From a virus (lineage: Duplodnaviria > Caudoviricetes): a DNA stretch of 57,748 bases. Position numbers and translations under genes: made by a program. This document shows, piece after piece, positions 29,447 through 39,369 of this stretch; the first letter of the stretch is position 1, and every line of letters starts with the position of its first letter. The notes beneath the pieces were generated by a model, which saw only the letters and a list, made by a program, of their open reading frames with translations, ran no database searches and was not told the DNA's origin. The stretch is taken from the IMG/VR virus record IMGVR_UViG_3300042332_001032, positions 1-57,748 of that record. One strand, 5' to 3'.

Positions 29447-30151
29447 GTGAATAACAGCACCATTAATCAACTAAGACCGTTAGAACCAACATATACGCTT
29501 ATTGTACCTGTAGAAGAAGAGTTGCAACCCGGTATCTTTATCACCGGTAAAACAAATCTTTTTAACGCTATAGGAGTCGCGTTATTTGACACACTTCAAT
29601 CTGGATATTTAAAAGATGTAAAATCTGAAAAATTTACAACAGCTTTTGGTGATAGTGATCAATGGAATATAGCTGCTAATTACATTGCTGAGTATAGAGA
29701 CGAAATAGTAACTAAAGACTACTTATCTACCAATTATATTTCAAACGCAAGTGGTAGAGGTTATGGAGATTTCATCTTTGATAATATAACAGCTAATAGA
29801 TTTTCTACAGAAGATGGTAATAGTGATTTATGGAATGAAACTGCAGCATTTGTTCAACAAAATTCAACTCTAAATGTAAACACATATAACGCAAGCTACA
29901 CATTTACAGATTTAGATACAAATAAAGTACATCATTTTAATACCCCGTTCAATTCTTCCCTATCAGCAACTATACCTTCTGACATCTCAAACGGCTTTAA
30001 CGTAGCAATATTAAATACAGGAACAGGTACACTACAAGTTATAGCTACTAATTTAGCATCTACTGGTACTGTTATTACGCAAAGATATAGTGGAGCATTT
30101 ATTTATAAAGACAGTGATGTAGTTTACGCAGTAGGTAATTTAGAAGCCTAA
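29447..30151 (+). CDS. Hypothetical virion/fibre-associated protein
   Basis: GTG start after TAAATA; C-terminal GF.......GTG....YAVGNL beta domain. Confidence 0.7.
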   Translation: MNNSTINQLRPLEPTYTLIVPVEEELQPGIFITGKTNLFNAIGVALFDTLQSGYLKDVKSEKFTTAFGDSDQWNIAANYIAEYRDEIVTKDYLSTNYISNASGRGYGDFIFDNITANRFSTEDGNSDLWNETAAFVQQNSTLNVNTYNASYTFTDLDTNKVHHFNTPFNSSLSATIPSDISNGFNVAILNTGTGTLQVIATNLASTGTVITQRYSGAFIYKDSDVVYAVGNLEA

Positions 30152-30153
30152 TT

Positions 30154-32646
30154 ATGTCTTTTATTATAACAAAACAGTTACTACAAGGCATTTACGCATC
30201 AACATACCGTAAACCGGTTTTTGATAGAGAATCACTTACTATAGAGTATAATTTAGATCTTAATACAGATACTGATAAAAACACTATACATCTAACACTT
30301 GATAGCTTGTATACATACGATTTTGTTATTAACTGGGGAGATGATAGTATAAGCCGTATTACAACCTGGAACGATGAAAACACTACCCACGTGTATAGTA
30401 CTTATGGAGGGATAAAGACTATACAGATAAAAGGAGTTCTACCAAAATGGAGTGTAGATAAAAATAGAAATTCTGTTATTAGTGTTAAACGATGGGGTAC
30501 GAGTTTACAATACACGGATTATAGTTTTTCATGGGATGGTTGTAGTAATCTAGTATTTGACGCTACAGATTCTCCAAATACGAATTTAGTTAGTAATTTT
30601 AAAGGGGCTTGGTCGGGGTGTACGAGCTTAACAAGCTTTCCGAATTTTTATTTTGATAGTTGTACTGATCTTTCTTATGCCTGGGAAAATTGCATTAATA
30701 TAAAACAGCTACCGTATTTTTATACAGATTTTGTAATAGATTTTTCTTATACATGGGCAGGATGTACAAATCTAGAAAGTTTACCGTTTTATAACTACAG
30801 TAACGGAATTAATTTTAAAAGAACATGGTGCGAATGTAAAAAGCTTACGGAATTACCGGTAATAGATTTTAGTAATTGTGTGAACGTGGAGGGAGCGTGG
30901 GAGTCGTGTGAGTCGTTAATAACTCTATCTGCTTACAATCTCAATAACTGCACTAATGTCGAAAACGCTTGGAAAAATTGCACTTCTTTACAGACATTTT
31001 TCGAATTAAACGTACCGATGTGCTCAAGTTTCAATAGCGCTTGGGAAGACTGTATCTCTTTAATATTGATGCCAGGTATAACAGGTTCTGCTCTTACAGA
31101 GAGTTTAGAACATACATGGGACGGTTGTCAAAATATACAAGAATTTAGCTCTTTGGATTTTACACAGAACTGTACAAGTTTAAATTATACGTGGAGGGAC
31201 TGTGTATCGTTAAATTCGTTCCCTCTAATAGAAACAAGTAACTGTGTTACTTTTAATTCTACCTGGAAAAACTGTCAAACGCTTACAGAGTTTCCAGCAA
31301 TTAACACATCTCAGGCTGTTGAGCTTATAGAAGTATGGTCTGGATGTCAAAATCTCAAAACATTTCCGCAAATAGTCACAACTCAATGTAAGGATTTAAC
31401 AAACACGTGGAGTGGGTGCACCAGTCTTACTTCGTTCCCGCTTATAGACACGTTTAACGTTACAACTTTAGAATCAACGTGGTCTGGTTGCAGAGGTTTA
31501 ATACATTTTCCAGAAATTGATACAACAAACAATCAAAATTTTACTAACACTTGGCTCAATTGTAGTTCTTTAGTTTCATTTCCATCGAGTTTAATAACTC
31601 AGAATAACGAGACATTTATTAATACGTGGAACGGATGTACGAGTCTTACATCATTCCCTGTACTAGATTTTAGTGGCACTCATACTCTAGATGGCACATG
31701 GGCTAATTGTACATCATTGAGTTCGTTTCCTTTAATTAATACCTCTTTTGTAAATAATCTTAAGAATGCGTGGTATAATTGTACCTCCTTAATTAGTTTT
31801 CCAGAAAGTATATATACTCCCTTCTGTACTGATTTTACGAATACTTGGAGTCAGTGTACAAGTCTCACATCTTTCCCTCTAATAACTGTTGAGGGTACTA
31901 GGTCCCTTGTGGGTACGTGGTCACATTGTACATCGCTTAGTTCATTTCCTACTATTGATGTTAAAGATGTTTATCAGTTTATAGGTACCTGGGAAGGCTG
32001 TACAAGTTTAAAAGAATTCCTGATTACAGATTTTTCAAACGCACAGTCAATGTATAGTACATGGAAGGGCTGTATCTCGTTAAGTGCGTTCCCTAATATA
32101 AACGCTACGCAGTGTACTAATTTTTATGAAACTTGGGCTAATTGTACAGGGTTAAAGACGTTTGATTTTACAGATCACAATGGTACAATTTACACCGGTG
32201 CGTGGTCGGGGTGCACTGCTCTTACAGGTATTCCGTACTTTAACAGTCAGAATTGTACTGCCCTTGATAGAGCGTGGGAGAATTGTACGTCTCTGTTATC
32301 TATACCGGAGTTAATACTAACCAACATATCAACGCTCAATAGTGCATGGAAAAACTGCATAAACTTACGAGAGATACCGTCTATGCTTGTTGAAAACTGC
32401 GCCGATTTTACGGATTGTTTTTACGGATGTGTAAGCTTAAGTTCGTGCTCGTTTCAGAGTATAAGAGCGTCTATAAGCTTTAACGGGTGTAATTTAAATG
32501 TGCAGTCAATTATTGATATATTCAACAACCTAGACACTGTGGTATCTAGTCCTACTATTGACATCAGCAACAACCCTGGCACGAGCACCTTACAGTCAAC
32601 AGATATCTTAATTGCGACAGATAAGGGATGGAATGTTATTGCCTAG
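30154..32646 (+). CDS. BspA/DUF285-like leucine-rich repeat protein with N-terminal PKD-like module
   Basis: INWGD...H.Y, then more than 25 repeats of TW.GCTSL.SFP.I (~22 aa); ends A..KGW.V. Confidence 0.85.
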   Translation: MSFIITKQLLQGIYASTYRKPVFDRESLTIEYNLDLNTDTDKNTIHLTLDSLYTYDFVINWGDDSISRITTWNDENTTHVYSTYGGIKTIQIKGVLPKWSVDKNRNSVISVKRWGTSLQYTDYSFSWDGCSNLVFDATDSPNTNLVSNFKGAWSGCTSLTSFPNFYFDSCTDLSYAWENCINIKQLPYFYTDFVIDFSYTWAGCTNLESLPFYNYSNGINFKRTWCECKKLTELPVIDFSNCVNVEGAWESCESLITLSAYNLNNCTNVENAWKNCTSLQTFFELNVPMCSSFNSAWEDCISLILMPGITGSALTESLEHTWDGCQNIQEFSSLDFTQNCTSLNYTWRDCVSLNSFPLIETSNCVTFNSTWKNCQTLTEFPAINTSQAVELIEVWSGCQNLKTFPQIVTTQCKDLTNTWSGCTSLTSFPLIDTFNVTTLESTWSGCRGLIHFPEIDTTNNQNFTNTWLNCSSLVSFPSSLITQNNETFINTWNGCTSLTSFPVLDFSGTHTLDGTWANCTSLSSFPLINTSFVNNLKNAWYNCTSLISFPESIYTPFCTDFTNTWSQCTSLTSFPLITVEGTRSLVGTWSHCTSLSSFPTIDVKDVYQFIGTWEGCTSLKEFLITDFSNAQSMYSTWKGCISLSAFPNINATQCTNFYETWANCTGLKTFDFTDHNGTIYTGAWSGCTALTGIPYFNSQNCTALDRAWENCTSLLSIPELILTNISTLNSAWKNCINLREIPSMLVENCADFTDCFYGCVSLSSCSFQSIRASISFNGCNLNVQSIIDIFNNLDTVVSSPTIDISNNPGTSTLQSTDILIATDKGWNVIA

Positions 32647-33775
32647 AAAATACTTTAACCCCTGAAAGGAAGGGTGGGTTGTACGGTATGTGCGTGTTAT
32701 AATTGGGAGATGTAGGATCGTAGGGATTATACGTATTCCGGCGAGCGTGACTGATTAGTGTGCCGTATCCTGCCTGGTTTTCAACAATTATATCAATAAC
32801 ACCAGGGTTAGTTAAGTTGGAGACGCTAAATACGAGCTGATTATCATCAATCACGGTAAAGGAGCTCAGAGGAAGCTTTAAGGCGGTAAATGGCGAAAAA
32901 GTAGCAGAGAGTTTCGGGTTACTTGCAAAAGGTACTTGTAATACACCATCTACCGAACCTGAAAGATAAACGTTTTTTACACTAAAAAACGATGAACCAA
33001 AAAGGTTAATAATATTCGTTGAAGATGTTGGTACAGATAATGTATCTATAAATTTTGGTTGCGGGAAAGCAGACAATGTAATTCGCTTAGTATCGTCTTC
33101 ATTTAAAGATTCTAAAGAGTATTTTGATGTTAACTCATTAAGAGTTGTAAAATCTGTATTGATTGTTAGTATTTCACCCTCATCTTCTTTCGGGAATGAT
33201 TTAAATATCCAACCTTTTAAAGTGAAAGAAGTATCTGCTCGTACCCGAGCAACTGACGTTGCTTGTAATTCCATCGGGTAGTCGAAATTTATTGAACCAG
33301 ACCACTCTACTTTAGATCTAATCTCATGTTCTGGCATATCTGGAACTCTCCACGATATAACAAAATACGGATCACAATACGGTAAGAAGTTACTTATACA
33401 TTGATCCATATCGCTTTGATAACGTGTTAAGAAAGATACGTTTAGTGTTAGATCTATAGGTACAGGTTGTAGTAGCTTTTTCTTTTGTCTAGGATCTGTA
33501 GCCATATACGACGACCCAGCTATCTTATTAAACACTCTATTGCCATCTCTACTAATACCCCCTATGGAGACAGCAGCTACAGGTAATTGTAAGTTTTGAG
33601 CTCTATCACGTAAGTCATGTAATACACGCTGCTTTGGTGCGTATACGAAGCGTACCTTTATTTGATCTCTTGCGTTTTTATGTACATTATGTCTCTTTAT
33701 TATTATGTCATCCATCGCAGAGATGAACATAGTAACAAGTCTTTCAACTTCGAATTGAAAAGTATAACTTCGCAT
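32636..33775 (-). CDS. gp15: Tail sheath stabiliser/terminator gp15-like with C-terminal Ig-like extension
   Basis: F....DIII.R, V..VYAPKQR, LP, PVP......S.LTRYQ.D.DQ...NF.PY..PY, FTLKGWIF. Confidence 0.85.
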   Translation of the reverse strand: MRSYTFQFEVERLVTMFISAMDDIIIKRHNVHKNARDQIKVRFVYAPKQRVLHDLRDRAQNLQLPVAAVSIGGISRDGNRVFNKIAGSSYMATDPRQKKKLLQPVPIDLTLNVSFLTRYQSDMDQCISNFLPYCDPYFVISWRVPDMPEHEIRSKVEWSGSINFDYPMELQATSVARVRADTSFTLKGWIFKSFPKEDEGEILTINTDFTTLNELTSKYSLESLNEDDTKRITLSAFPQPKFIDTLSVPTSSTNIINLFGSSFFSVKNVYLSGSVDGVLQVPFASNPKLSATFSPFTALKLPLSSFTVIDDNQLVFSVSNLTNPGVIDIIVENQAGYGTLISHARRNTYNPYDPTSPNYNTHIPYNPPFLSGVKVFSRQ

Positions 33776-33807
33776 TTAGATATTTAGGTACAATACCTAA
33801 ATTTCTC

Positions 33808-34662
33808 TTAGTCGTTCATGTCTCTATATGGCGAACCTGAGAAACGAAAGTTTGGAGAAAGCTCTCTCTCAACTTCGCCTCTAGATATAACTCTATCGGT
33901 GTCTGTTAGATCTTCATCATCTATCTGATCTTCATCTTCTATAAAAGGTGTTCCCTCTTCTTCTTCTTTGCTCGTACTGTCAGATGGTAAAATAGCTTGA
34001 ATATTTTTTAATTTTGTAGCGGTTGACATGCCAACTAACTTACATAAATCTGTCCATTCAATATCTTTATCATCAGGTAAAGAGTTCCATGCAGGGTACA
34101 GTGCTCCCTCTTCTTCAGGTGTCACATCTTCAACTGGAAAATCTGCGGACTTAAAAAATGTCGTAATCTCGTCATCATCGATAGTAATTTTTTCCTTCTC
34201 TGGTTTCTCAATCTCAGCTACGACTTCGTCTGTAGCTGTATCTGCAACTTCTTCAACTTCCTCTTCTGTAGGCTCGCTGATTAATGCCGTACCTTTCTTA
34301 CCGCCTGATTTTTCATCAGTGATAAATCCAGCATCTTTCATGGCGTTATATACGACACGTGCTGCGTAAACAGCTTTTGTAGGATTAAGAGATGTGTGCG
34401 CAACAATCTTATCAGCTATTACCATTTTTTGAAAATCCTTATAAGGTAAAGGCGAATAATTGTTACGTGTCTGTAGATAATCAATTACACTATCAATAAC
34501 GCTTGCAACTTGTTGTGGCGTAATTTTATAGTTTGCGGTATCTGTGAATGTTGCAGGAGCTCTTTCACCTGCACCTACCCCGATACCGGGTTCGAGATTA
34601 ATAGGCATATCTTCAGATATGCGCTGTATATATTTATTATAAATGGTATCAAACTGTGTCAT
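33808..34662 (-). CDS. Hypothetical acidic late protein
   Basis: 284 aa, TATAAATA upstream. Confidence 0.75.
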   Translation of the reverse strand: MTQFDTIYNKYIQRISEDMPINLEPGIGVGAGERAPATFTDTANYKITPQQVASVIDSVIDYLQTRNNYSPLPYKDFQKMVIADKIVAHTSLNPTKAVYAARVVYNAMKDAGFITDEKSGGKKGTALISEPTEEEVEEVADTATDEVVAEIEKPEKEKITIDDDEITTFFKSADFPVEDVTPEEEGALYPAWNSLPDDKDIEWTDLCKLVGMSTATKLKNIQAILPSDSTSKEEEEGTPFIEDEDQIDDEDLTDTDRVISRGEVERELSPNFRFSGSPYRDMND

Positions 34663-34672
34663 ATGTGTTTAT

Positions 34673-34942
34673 TTATACAGTTTTGCTACTTTTATCAAAC
34701 CGTATATAGTTAAAATGTAGTGTTTTCTCGTACTCAGATAGTACGTCTTTCTCTACACACTGTAAGCACGGTTTATACATATGGTGTAAACTCACAAACC
34801 CGATATGACCTCTACCGTAACATTTTTTGCAACTGCTCCGTGGTCGTTTTTTAAGCGGTATTTCACCTTCCTGTATATTTTTTAACTCTACGTCTTTTAT
34901 TTCGTAAATTTCACCGCTATATGCATTAAAGATAGGTATCAT
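34673..34942 (-). CDS. Small zinc-finger protein
   Basis: CKKCYGRG...CLQC. Confidence 0.7.
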   Translation of the reverse strand: MIPIFNAYSGEIYEIKDVELKNIQEGEIPLKKRPRSSCKKCYGRGHIGFVSLHHMYKPCLQCVEKDVLSEYEKTLHFNYIRFDKSSKTV

Positions 34943-35316
34943 ATGTCTAGTATTGTAAGTTCAAGTATTTTATTATAATATTGCGAGGGCGAAACATTTT
35001 TAACAAACATTTTTTTCGCAGAATCTTCTTTTTTAGTGTCTCTTTTTGCTAGTGTTTTTATACGATAATCAAAATAACATAGCCCCTGAGAACGATGATA
35101 CTCAACCTTAAAGGGTATAGGTATTTCAAAATTTTCAGTTACGCCTTTATTGTTTTGTAAGGTTATATGTAAGCAATAATGTGCACGTTTAAATAGTATT
35201 AGCCTACCTTGCTTTATTGTTTTAGTACCAAGGGTAAACACTATTAACCTCTGTAAATTTTCTGCTAAAGGTTGTTCGCCTGGTATCATATCAAGTAATG
35301 TTGAATCTGGTTGCAT
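34939..35316 (-). CDS. Hypothetical protein
   Basis: 125 aa in a tightly packed operon. Confidence 0.7.
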   Translation of the reverse strand: MQPDSTLLDMIPGEQPLAENLQRLIVFTLGTKTIKQGRLILFKRAHYCLHITLQNNKGVTENFEIPIPFKVEYHRSQGLCYFDYRIKTLAKRDTKKEDSAKKMFVKNVSPSQYYNKILELTILDI

Positions 35317-35317
35317 T

Positions 35318-35701
35318 TTAGTTATTCATTAATCTTGCTTTTTCTGTACCCGACATAGGTAGTATTTTTTCTTGGAAATACTTCCAAAAATTATCTGCTG
35401 GTGTTGATTTAATTACAGCGACAACATCGACTGATTCACAAGATATCATTCTATAGTTTTGTAGTAGAATGTCCCATGTTACAATAAGGTTTTTGTGAGA
35501 AGGTGTATAATTCAGCGCGCCTGTAGGCGGTACGTAATTTAAAACTCTTTGACCAGAGTTAGACATAAGTAGTAGTTTATCGTTAGTACATAGCATTCTT
35601 CGTTGTGTACTATAGCCTTCTTTCATTATTCTCCTTGTAAATCTGAGCTCAACTACATGATTTAAAAGTAATACTGAAAGTGCCTGTCTACTTGCGCGCA
35701 C
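35318..35701 (-). CDS. SH3-like (DUF2693-like) phage protein
   Basis: V.L.F.......R.M.CT......VTWD....YR. Confidence 0.65.
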   Translation of the reverse strand: MRASRQALSVLLLNHVVELRFTRRIMKEGYSTQRRMLCTNDKLLLMSNSGQRVLNYVPPTGALNYTPSHKNLIVTWDILLQNYRMISCESVDVVAVIKSTPADNFWKYFQEKILPMSGTEKARLMNN

Positions 35702-36128
35702 TCTTCTTACTATCCTTTACATTTTGTTTAATGTTCGTATCTGTTTTCTGCACGCACACTCCGAAAATACGATCTTCATTAATAAACAAAATCTGTTTAC
35801 CATCCTGTCGTATCGAGCGAAGACCACGATCGCCTGGAAATATAAACGTTGCACCAGGAGTTCGAAGTGTTTTGTTTCTAACTTTCGGCCCTGTAATGAT
35901 AACTCTACCAACTCTCCAGGCTTTTTGATCCACTACTTCCTCAGGTATAAACAATCCGTTTCTCATTATTTCTCTACCATTACCTGCTATGTCTGCATAC
36001 TCTGCCATGATGACATCATCAAGGACTTCTGTAATTTCATAGTCTTCTGGTAGAGCTGCGTTACCGTATTGTTCAATTTCTACTAACCCTTTATTCTCTT
36101 GTGCAAGTGATGCTTGTTGTTCGTACAT
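35688..36128 (-). CDS. groES: Co-chaperonin GroES-like
   Basis: DDVI.....GLFIP.....GRV...GP.V....G.......FINE..IFGV. Confidence 0.8.
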   Translation of the reverse strand: MYEQQASLAQENKGLVEIEQYGNAALPEDYEITEVLDDVIMAEYADIAGNGREIMRNGLFIPEEVVDQKAWRVGRVIITGPKVRNKTLRTPGATFIFPGDRGLRSIRQDGKQILFINEDRIFGVCVQKTDTNIKQNVKDSKKSARK

Positions 36129-36133
36129 ATTTT

Positions 36134-36493
36134 TTAATTATTTGTTTTTCTATATAATTCTACTAGATTTGTGAGTTGAGTAATCTCTCTTACAGATAAC
36201 TCAGATGCTTGAGCGATCATTTTTATATTATCGTTTTCGAGTTTATCTTTTTTTACCTTTTTAATATATTTAAAATTCGGTAAACGTTTGAATTTAGGTA
36301 AAAGACATAACAGTAATTTATAATGCTGTTCCTTATCTATACCCGGTAACATATTAACGGTTTCGTTAATAGCTGTCGATGTAGACGATACACCGAATGT
36401 TAACCATCTATTAATAAGAAAAGGTATATACTCTTCTAGTGATAGATTATTATTTTTTGTTACTGTAAGAGATTTAAGATACTCAAATAACAT
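36134..36493 (-). CDS. gp62: Clamp loader small subunit
   Basis: LFEYL.S...K, Y.PFLINR.L, NE.N, KYIKK. Confidence 0.8.
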   Translation of the reverse strand: MLFEYLKSLTVTKNNNLSLEEYIPFLINRWLTFGVSSTSTAINETVNMLPGIDKEQHYKLLLCLLPKFKRLPNFKYIKKVKKDKLENDNIKMIAQASELSVREITQLTNLVELYRKTNN

Positions 36494-37080
36494 TATACAC
36501 AGACCTTGCTTGTACTTACAAAGATATCATGAATCATGTTATAAAACACGTTAATAGCATCTTGCATAAACATCTCAGTTTGCTCTTCTGTCAGGTTTGT
36601 TGAATAAGCAAAATCAGGTGCCCTACCGCCAGCGTTAATATTGATACCGGTATGAATAAGAACTGCATTATTAGTATGTGCAGCAATACTCACTGAAGCC
36701 TTCTTAGGTACTCCTTCCACTACAACCATCATATCATCCCCTTTTACAAAGCCATCAGTCTTAAGATACTTCGTGCACAATAACGAGCCAAGCTGTGCGT
36801 TATAGAGTCTTTGAAAACATACGCCGCCGAAGAGATCAATATCAGGAATCTCGATAATAAAGTTAATCGCTTGATCAGAATAGATATAGTCCTTGTTAAT
36901 TGAGTCTTCAAGGTCAATGAGATTAGCCTCAACGACCATAGGGGCAACAAATGCTACAATATTACCTTGCCTGTTAACTTCCTTCTTAAAGAACTTATAG
37001 CTAAAGCGTGACTTTAGGACCGACCCGTCATAATAGTTACACTCAGTTACTTCTTTTAGTTTTTCACGGTTTATTATCAT
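36493..37080 (-). CDS. DUF366-like protein (biotin/lipoate ligase-like fold)
   Basis: YDGS.L...F.Y, DLED....D.I.S, FQRL, GDD.....K.SVSIA, IHTGINI. Confidence 0.8.
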   Translation of the reverse strand: MIINREKLKEVTECNYYDGSVLKSRFSYKFFKKEVNRQGNIVAFVAPMVVEANLIDLEDSINKDYIYSDQAINFIIEIPDIDLFGGVCFQRLYNAQLGSLLCTKYLKTDGFVKGDDMMVVVEGVPKKASVSIAAHTNNAVLIHTGININAGGRAPDFAYSTNLTEEQTEMFMQDAINVFYNMIHDIFVSTSKVCV

Positions 37081-37089
37081 ATTTTTATT

Positions 37090-37782
37090 TTAGTTGTATT
37101 TTGAAAAATTGCTATACTCGTTTAAAAATTTTCTTGCATTAACTTCCCACTCTTTTGTTAGCATTGAATCACCTAACCCATAATGTATTACATTAATTGG
37201 CATTACACCTATGGAAACGTTTTCTTGTAAACATTCTATACAAAACGCAAGATCATATAGATGAAAATCGTAGTTTTTATTGAATCTCGCCTTTGTTTGA
37301 AGAATCTTTTCTACATTTACTGCTATAAACAACCCGTCTATGAGCTTCGCGTTACCTCCTGCCGGACCAAAAACTGTTGTAAATATAATATCGTTTTTTA
37401 TATGTTTGACTTCACCGACTCTACTATGCTCTTCTGTCATTAAATGCCAAGCGGGTGGTAAATTAGGAGCATTTTTAAACCTATTAGCACCCGCTAACCC
37501 CGTAACAACGTATGGTGATTTGTTGAGATGCTCTTGTAAGTAAAGTGTGTCAATAATAACATCATCGTGACAAAAAACAATAATTTGATTTTTATATTTG
37601 TCGATTAAAAACGTATTATATATCTCAGAAAGTCCTTTTGTGTTATCGTAAATCACAGATGCTTCTAGCTGATCTGTAGTGTACAGTTTTTTAAGCTTCT
37701 TAAGTGATTTCCCGAGAGGTCTTTTTTCAAAGTCGTTTTGATTTTTAGTTTTTGTACAAGAGACGATATGGATCTGTTTCAT
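37090..37782 (-). CDS. GT-A fold glycosyltransferase
   Basis: GL...YN, F.HDD, G.AG, IDGLF, FH.YD. Confidence 0.85.
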   Translation of the reverse strand: MKQIHIVSCTKTKNQNDFEKRPLGKSLKKLKKLYTTDQLEASVIYDNTKGLSEIYNTFLIDKYKNQIIVFCHDDVIIDTLYLQEHLNKSPYVVTGLAGANRFKNAPNLPPAWHLMTEEHSRVGEVKHIKNDIIFTTVFGPAGGNAKLIDGLFIAVNVEKILQTKARFNKNYDFHLYDLAFCIECLQENVSIGVMPINVIHYGLGDSMLTKEWEVNARKFLNEYSNFSKYN

Positions 37783-38420
37783 ATTATAAAATAAGGGCTT
37801 GTGTAATTAAAATCAGCTACTTCATGTAAAACTCTATCTTTACCGAGCTCGAAAATTATACCATCTCTTTCTATACAAACTGCACCAGGAAATTTAACTG
37901 ATGAGAACGAATCCTTATCTCGAAACAACGAAGAACCAGCTTTAATAAGGCTGAATTTATTATCTATAATATCAAATATCCAGCTTGTTAATAAACCTGT
38001 GTATTTACTATATACCTCAGATATATTCCCTCCGTTATTATAAAGATGATATGGTATAATAGAGCTATCGACATCGAACTCCACATGCTCTGGAAATTTA
38101 TTAAAGTTATTAATAATACCGTTGTGTGCTACATAATAGTTTTCAAAATTAAACGGATGAGTTGAATCATATTCCCATTCTCCTTGTATCACATTGGTAG
38201 GAGCTCTTGAATGAAACGCACAATACACGAGATCGTTTTGTTCCTTCTTAGAAAGCGTATCTTGTAATACCTCGTAATTAAACACTTCTTTTTGTTTGAG
38301 TATGAGGCTATCGTTCTTAAAAATAAAAATTAAACCTGAGCTATAATGCCCTCTCTCTAGACCGTTTTGGTATAGATCAAAAGCCTTAGTTAATGTTGGA
38401 GCACCACTAATTGAACACAT
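37779..38420 (-). CDS. Class II glutamine amidotransferase
   Basis: N-terminal Cys2, RG..S.G, HSRAPT, HPF, AHNGII.N, VDS. Confidence 0.9.
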   Translation of the reverse strand: MCSISGAPTLTKAFDLYQNGLERGHYSSGLIFIFKNDSLILKQKEVFNYEVLQDTLSKKEQNDLVYCAFHSRAPTNVIQGEWEYDSTHPFNFENYYVAHNGIINNFNKFPEHVEFDVDSSIIPYHLYNNGGNISEVYSKYTGLLTSWIFDIIDNKFSLIKAGSSLFRDKDSFSSVKFPGAVCIERDGIIFELGKDRVLHEVADFNYTSPYFII

Positions 38421-38422
38421 AT

Positions 38423-39151
38423 TTATATAATAGGCTTACAATTATATTTTTGCCAGTCAATATTAACACTATATGGTATTACATCCTCATATCCAGCTTC
38501 AATGAAGCCGCGTAAACGCGCTGAACAACTCGGACACTGACCACATGCTAGCTCTTCCCCGCTATAACACGTTAAGGTTTTAGATAAATCTGCTCCAAGC
38601 TCTATACCGTATTTTATAATATCTTTTTTAGACATTTCGATGAGCGGTGCTACAACCTTTATTGTGTTTAATCTATTAAGAGCTAACGTATCGTTATAGA
38701 TCTTAAGAAATGAGCTACACGCATCCCAGAAACCTGAAGTATCATCAGCTAAAGCAGCACCATAATACACCTCTAGAGCGCCAACAGATTCCGCATAACC
38801 TACAGCTATAGAAAGCATTACCATATTGCGGTTAGGGACATACGCTGCATTCTGCGGGTGACCAATTACTTCTTTCATTTTAGGTACATCAATATCTTTA
38901 TTTGTTAGTGCAGATGCAGATGCAAGTTCCCCGTAAAAACCTAAATTAACTACAGTATGTTTAGCTACACGTTGACCTTCTCCTACCCCTATGTTGGTAG
39001 TGATATTGATAGCACGCTCGATTTCATCCTTATGGCGCTGATTGTAATTGTAAGTTAGACAGTAAACCTCGTCACAATGCTTAAGGCAATGATAAAGAAC
39101 CACAGTGCTGTCTAACCCACCTGAAAAAACTACTACAGCTTTTTTATTCAT
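38423..39151 (-). CDS. queC: 7-cyano-7-deazaguanine synthase
   Basis: SGGLDS, Y.QRH..E, YVPNRN, T.TCY.G...CG.C.SC..R. Confidence 0.95.
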   Translation of the reverse strand: MNKKAVVVFSGGLDSTVVLYHCLKHCDEVYCLTYNYNQRHKDEIERAINITTNIGVGEGQRVAKHTVVNLGFYGELASASALTNKDIDVPKMKEVIGHPQNAAYVPNRNMVMLSIAVGYAESVGALEVYYGAALADDTSGFWDACSSFLKIYNDTLALNRLNTIKVVAPLIEMSKKDIIKYGIELGADLSKTLTCYSGEELACGQCPSCSARLRGFIEAGYEDVIPYSVNIDWQKYNCKPII

Positions 39152-39183
39152 CTACGAGTATTGTAAATGAATAATACTTTAAA

Positions 39184-39363
39184 TCAACGAGAAAATTGCT
39201 TTTTCTTTTGCTGTTTTTTATGCTTCCTGTATTCCCGTAATGTCATATTACAGGAAAGAGCGTTTTGTATCTCGCTTATTAATATTTGAACCTCAGCATT
39301 ACCATCAAAGCTAAGAAGATTAGCAAGCAAATCTTCTAGCTCTTGCTGCTGCTCTGTAGTCAT
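39184..39363 (-). CDS. Small hypothetical protein (59 aa, not in ORF track)
   Basis: MTTEQQQELEDLL...; fills the gap between two co-oriented genes. Confidence 0.5.
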   Translation of the reverse strand: MTTEQQQELEDLLANLLSFDGNAEVQILISEIQNALSCNMTLREYRKHKKQQKKKQFSR

Positions 39364-39369
39364 ATGGTA

